Program-made: the position numbers and the translations under genes | In this document: piece by piece, positions 61,101 through 64,000 of the stretch | How positions within the stretch are numbered: position 1 is the first letter of the stretch | Layout: every line of letters starts with the position of its first letter | Source: Macrostomum lignano | Taxonomy: Eukaryota | DNA: 64,000 nt | Direction of reading: 5' to 3' | Assembly (NCBI GenBank): GCA_002269645.1 | Contig: NIVC01002390.1 | Coordinates: 1-64,000 of the forward strand | Notes under the pieces: generated by a model | Databases searched by the model: none | Told to the model about the DNA's origin: nothing | What the model saw: the letters and a program-made list of their open reading frames with translations, nothing else

Positions 61101-62670
61101 ATGGCAGGGGAGTCTATGGGGATGGCAGGGGAGTCAGTAGGGATGGCAGAGGAGTCTATGGGGATGGCAGGGGAGTCAGTAGGGATGGCAGGGGAGTCTA
61201 TGGGGATGGCAGGGGAGTCAGTAGGGATGGCAGGGGAGTCTATGGGGATGGCAGGGGAGCCTGTAGAGATGGTAGGGGAGTCTATGGGGATGGCAGGGGA
61301 GTCAGTAGGGATGGCAGGGGAGTCTATGGGGATGGCAGGGGAGTCAGTAGGGATGGCAGGGGAGTCTATGGGGATGGCAGGGGAGTCAGTAGGGATGGCA
61401 GGGGAGTCAGTAGGGATGGCAGGGGAGTCAGTAGGGATGGCAGGGGAGTCTATGGGGATGGCAGGGGAGTCAGTAGGGATGGTAGGGGAGTCAGTAGGGA
61501 TGGCAGGGGAGTCTATAGGGATGGCAGGGGAGTCAGTAGGGATGGTAGGGGAGTCTATGGGGATGGCAGGGGAGCCTGTAGGGATGGTAGGGGAGTCTAT
61601 GGGGATGGCAGGGGAGTCAGTAGGGATGGCAGGGGAGTCTATGGGGATGGCAGGGGAGTCAGTAGGTATGGCAGGGGAGTCTATAGGGATGGCAGGGGAG
61701 TCAGTAGGTATGGCAGGGGAGTCTATAGGGATGGCAGGGGAGTCAGTAGGGATGGCAGGGGAGTCAGTAGGGATGTCAGGGGAGTCGGTAGGGATGGCAG
61801 GGGAGTCAGTAGGGATGGCAGGGGAGCCAGTAGGGATGGCAGGGGAGCCAGTAGGGATGGCAGGGGAGCGAAATGCAGCTTGCCAAGATAAAAAACTCAC
61901 GTCTCTGTAGTGCATAAACTCGGTGACCTTGCGCTGGCTGAGCCGGACAAACTGTTTAAATATGGTGCGCACCAGGGACTCGCCAGGCAGGTAGGGCTCG
62001 CTAGGTGGACACGGGGTGCTGGCTCCGCCAGCGTCTTCCTCTTCTGTTGAGCTGCCCTTCTCTGTTCCCTCCTCGTCGTCGGCCTCCGCGCCGAGCAGCA
62101 GCTGATCTGGCGGATCGGCAGCCTCCGAGGCAGCAGCGGCAGTAGCAACGGCAGAGGTCTCCACAGAACCATTGTCATCGTCGCCCTCGGGATGTACACT
62201 ACCGACGAAGATGAAGACGATGATAGCAAGGTGGCGTCGCCAGCCGCGTCAGCAGCATCGGATCCAACTTGGACAACGGCGCCGCTGTCGGAGCCAGTGG
62301 CCGATTCCGACGCAGTTGAAAGTGTGAATAAAGCCGAACTGCGCTTGCGAAGCCGCACAGGGGAGGGGGTTGAATAAGCAGAAGCAGAGGCGGGGGCGGC
62401 AGCCTCAGATAGGCTGGCGCTGCTGCTGCTGCTGCAACTCTGCGGCAGAAGCTGCTGCTGCTGCTGACGCTCCAACGAGGAGCGAGACGAGACGGGTGGA
62501 GTTGAACCAGTAGATCCGGTGGGGCTGGCCTTGAAGGCAGCTGCAGCAGTGGCAGCGGCTGACTCAGACGAGGGCTGCTCAGCCAAGCTGGAACCTGCAC
62601 TGCCTGGCAGGCTGGAGGCAGACTTGGCTGGCGAGGCCTCCTTACTATTAGCTCCACTGCTGCTGCTCAT
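34110..62670 (-). CDS. fry: Furry (FRY/FRYL, Tao3/Mor2 family) ARM-repeat scaffold of NDR kinase signalling; 19 exons, ~3070 codons
   Basis: Exons (high to low): 62670-61901 (1-nt frameshift near 62200), 60836-60450, 60321-60191, 59341-59045, 57955-57160, 56799-56369, 55834-54817, 54210-53348, 51735-51381, 50739-50349, 49171-48933 (or 48921), 47929-47534, 46625-45951, 45349-44678, 43609-43100, 38025-37938, 37550-37153, 36708-36304, 34505-34110. All are GT-AG and phase-compatible. Hallmark FRY motifs: SEHCLPSI..ALF.WY, VAD.YA.V.GVLA, KKHSLAL.PLVTCLLCVSQKQ.FL, PERMNIGLRAFL, AIPRLLP, SRHYAGRS.Q.FRAL, LLESD, ELPG.TL.F.FD, LPK.PSVIFS, NWGV. Confidence 0.94.
34650..36168. repeat. fry intron 18 minisatellite, 21-nt unit aaatgacccgtcattcaacag
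   Basis: Long tandem array; source of the MTRHSTE/NDGSFLL ORFs. Confidence 0.97.
36810..37092. repeat. fry intron 17 minisatellite, ~22-nt unit atcccagaatcccacatctcaa
   Basis: Tandem copies visible. Confidence 0.93.
37585..37920. repeat. fry intron 16 minisatellite, 40-nt unit
   Basis: tcagggataattagctactaaatgagtcacctgtgaccaa, about 8 copies. Confidence 0.95.
38445..39080. repeat. fry intron 15 minisatellite, ~20-nt unit ggttgctaaggctttgggta
   Basis: Tandem copies visible. Confidence 0.93.
39542..39974. mobile_element. ~430-bp MITE, copy 1 (CACAGATACTAGAATAA termini)
   Basis: Terminal and subterminal inverted repeats (cacagatactagaataa...gggccactc / gagtggccc...ttattttagtatctgtg); near-perfect 8-bp TSD aggacatc / aggacacc; second copy at 59522-59951. 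Confidence 0.88.
40300..41120. repeat. fry intron 15 minisatellite, ~30-nt unit cgtgaccctgtctgaatcaccatcccccac
   Basis: Tandem copies visible. Confidence 0.95.
41342..41765. repeat. fry intron 15 minisatellite, 32-nt unit gatcgtttcgattcttgattgactgattgatt
   Basis: Tandem copies derived from a GATT microsatellite. Confidence 0.93.
42575..42920. repeat. fry intron 15 minisatellite, 37-nt pyrimidine-rich unit
   Basis: ctgcctgtcactctttgttcttttcactcttctctgg repeated. Confidence 0.93.
43750..44605. repeat. fry intron 14 minisatellite, ~23-nt unit ggataacaggggaatttgagatt
   Basis: Tandem copies visible. Confidence 0.95.
45516..45892. mobile_element. 377-bp MITE-like element with ~65-bp imperfect TIRs in fry intron 13
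   Basis: catgattttggaggtgaggtgggtgtcaa...ggctgg.gcccccagga at the left end and its reverse complement at the right end; no TSD resolved. Confidence 0.8.
46730..47215. repeat. fry intron 12 minisatellite, ~50-nt unit
   Basis: ctgctatagatcaatctaaacaagggctggcttgagatcaaaacaaacag repeated. Confidence 0.93.
48016..48316 (-). mobile_element. Apparently full-length (301 bp) tRNA-derived SINE
   Basis: Minus-strand head with A box (tagcctaagtgg) and B box (ggtttgattcc); perfect 10-bp TSD gaatctaatg at 48006-48015 and 48317-48326; related remnant at 11597-11670. Confidence 0.8.
48420..48860. repeat. fry intron 11 minisatellite, ~21-22-nt unit tgtctagatctttgaattccg
   Basis: Tandem copies visible. Confidence 0.9.
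49385..50185. repeat. fry intron 10 minisatellite, 20-nt unit cacctgttagacaggggcat
   Basis: About 40 tandem copies. Confidence 0.96.
50815..51215. repeat. fry intron 9 degenerate tandem repeat (ttttctagaaactgacaaatctac...)
   Basis: Recurrent ttttc(c)tagaaact and ttttcttagaaattcatact blocks. Confidence 0.65.
51745..53168. repeat. fry intron 8 minisatellite, 24-nt unit gaaggagattatggggcgattatt
   Basis: Long tandem array; source of the EEIMGRLL ORFs. Confidence 0.97.
54230..54433 (-). mobile_element. tRNA-derived SINE (or degenerate tRNA plus tail) in fry intron 7
   Basis: Minus strand ggggttgtagcctagtggttagagcgtcggactcacgactgaaaggtcagggttcgattctcaaccc has good A and B boxes but broken anticodon and T stems. 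It is followed by a cacccagct..gtaagatgggg body typical of metazoan SINE cores. The 3' boundary is uncertain. Confidence 0.65.
54465..54785. repeat. fry intron 7 minisatellite, 27-28-nt unit cagcacctctgtacactcagctaacac
   Basis: Tandem copies visible. Confidence 0.93.
55880..56270. repeat. fry intron 6 minisatellite, ~23-nt unit tctagaattggtgaagaggcgaa
   Basis: Tandem copies visible. Confidence 0.93.
58095..58955. repeat. fry intron 4 minisatellite, 27-30-nt unit gtggagaggcagattcaaagaatggggaga
   Basis: Tandem copies visible. Confidence 0.95.
59522..59951. mobile_element. ~430-bp MITE, copy 2, inverted relative to 39542-39974
   Basis: Same CACAGATACTAGAATAA termini; interior is the reverse complement of copy 1; no intact TSD. 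Confidence 0.88.
60935..61870. repeat. fry intron 1 minisatellite, 21-nt unit ggggagtcagtagggatggca
   Basis: Lies between donor 61900 and acceptor 60837; source of the PAIPTDS/GESVGMA ORFs. Confidence 0.96.
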
Positions 62671-63328
62671 ATTGCAATTCAATCTGGTGCATGTGCACTA
62701 GCTAGGCATAGGCATTAGCTATAAATGCCATAATTCAACTGCAAAAAGGTGGGATAAGAATAGTAAATTAGTTTTGTTATCTAATTCAGATTTGTTTAGC
62801 AAAGTAAAAGACCCATTTCCCAACTTCAGTCTATTAGTCATTTTCCCTAGCTAGCCATTGATTGACAAATTAGATAAGATTGTATCTAATGCTTTAAATT
62901 GTTTATATCTTATAGAAAAACATCAATGTAATTGTAATTTTATATGCTTAGAAACATGTGCCTCAGTGCCTCTGTCATAAGCAAGATAATAAATATTCTT
63001 TATGTCGTTTATGATACAATACAATACAAAACTTAAAGGCCTATCTATTAATAACTCAGTCTTCAAAAAGCATTAATTTGATATATTTTACCTTTTAGTC
63101 AGTGAGGTTGTCTATGGTCAAAACCTATCCAGTTATTAGGCCTTCAAGTTTGTCATTTCCTGTCCCAAGTTCCAGTAGTCCCTGGATTTTATTAATAAGT
63201 AATATTAAAATAATAATTATTTAAATTAGAAGATATGCCATTTAGCTAGGAATTAGAAGACATGGCAAAGGGTTTAACAATGTTTGTTAGTGGTAAGTGA
63301 TAGGCCTAAGGCACATGACCAAGATAGC

Positions 63329-63331
<3 letters not shown>

Positions 63332-63389
<58 letters not shown>
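63332..63389. repeat. (CA)n microsatellite
   Basis: Directly visible. Confidence 0.97.
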
Positions 63390-63394
<5 letters not shown>

Positions 63395-64000
63395 TGCTTG
63401 TGGGCAAATTGCACTGTGGGCAAATCTCTACGAGCAATTTGCTCACAAGCAAAATGCACTGCAGGCAAATCTTGTGGGCAAATCTCCATAGGCAAAACTC
63501 CTATGGGCAAACCTTGGCAAGCAATTTATTTGCAAGAAATTCTCATGGACCCAACTTAGATTGGTCCTGCTGCAACTTAGCTTGGTCCTGCTAGGACTTA
63601 GCTTGCCCTCAGTACTACAATTTACAATACTTAGAACTATGTTTTCTATTTTTCTTTATTGCTTATTTCTTTTTTTCCTTTTTATTTTCCCTTTAATCTT
63701 TTGTTATTTTGTTTTTTGGTGGTTGATCAATTTTGTGACTTACATTGGTTGGCTGCCAAATTGGTTAGCCAGATTAACCAACTTGGCCAATCGTTGCACA
63801 TTATATGAGATAGATTTGATAGACATAATGATAAGGACCATATTGCGGAAGGTTTTCTGTGTATGCCAGACACATTTTTATTGAATTTTCAATTGTATGC
63901 CAACAAATTTTAAATGTACGCCAATGGTAAAAAATGACAAATATTTAAATTTAAATTTAAATTACAAAAAATTGATAATAACATGACCATTGTCATGACA

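Noticed and set aside
16935-61870. Arrays as CRISPR loci
   Set aside because: Units are head-to-tail with no unique spacers, there are no cas genes, and the context is eukaryotic.
60674-62164. 496-aa ORF with PAIPTDS repeats as one coding exon
   Set aside because: Only 62164-61901 is exonic. A GTGAGT donor at 61900 and an acceptor at 60837 remove the array and restore FRY homology.

Overview
Eukaryotic, intron-containing genomic DNA. GC-rich exons with poly-Ala/Gln/Ser tracts, AT-rich spacers and minisatellite-filled introns suggest a free-living flatworm such as Macrostomum (inference only). Gene content: the last exon of a RASEF/Rab45-like GTPase; a two-exon orphan low-complexity protein; a six-exon Artemis (DCLRE1C) nuclease; a C2H2-like zinc-finger protein; an MFSD13A/TMEM180-like transporter; an unknown 190-aa minus-strand ORF; and a 19-exon furry (FRY) gene of about 3070 codons on the minus strand. 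Mobile DNA: a dead, 5'-truncated LINE with APE, RT and RNase H domains, five MITE copies (three with 8-bp target-site duplications) and tRNA-derived SINEs. About 35 different tandem arrays are present, and most long ORFs in the supplied track are artefacts of them. Most notable: nearly every intron carries its own private minisatellite, several with splice-site-like units; a possible trans-spliced Artemis/ZnF/MFSD13A operon; an inverted MITE pair bracketing fry exons 4-15; and a 1.6-kb frame-preserving repeat that may be coding. Splice models were built by hand and are not transcript-verified.
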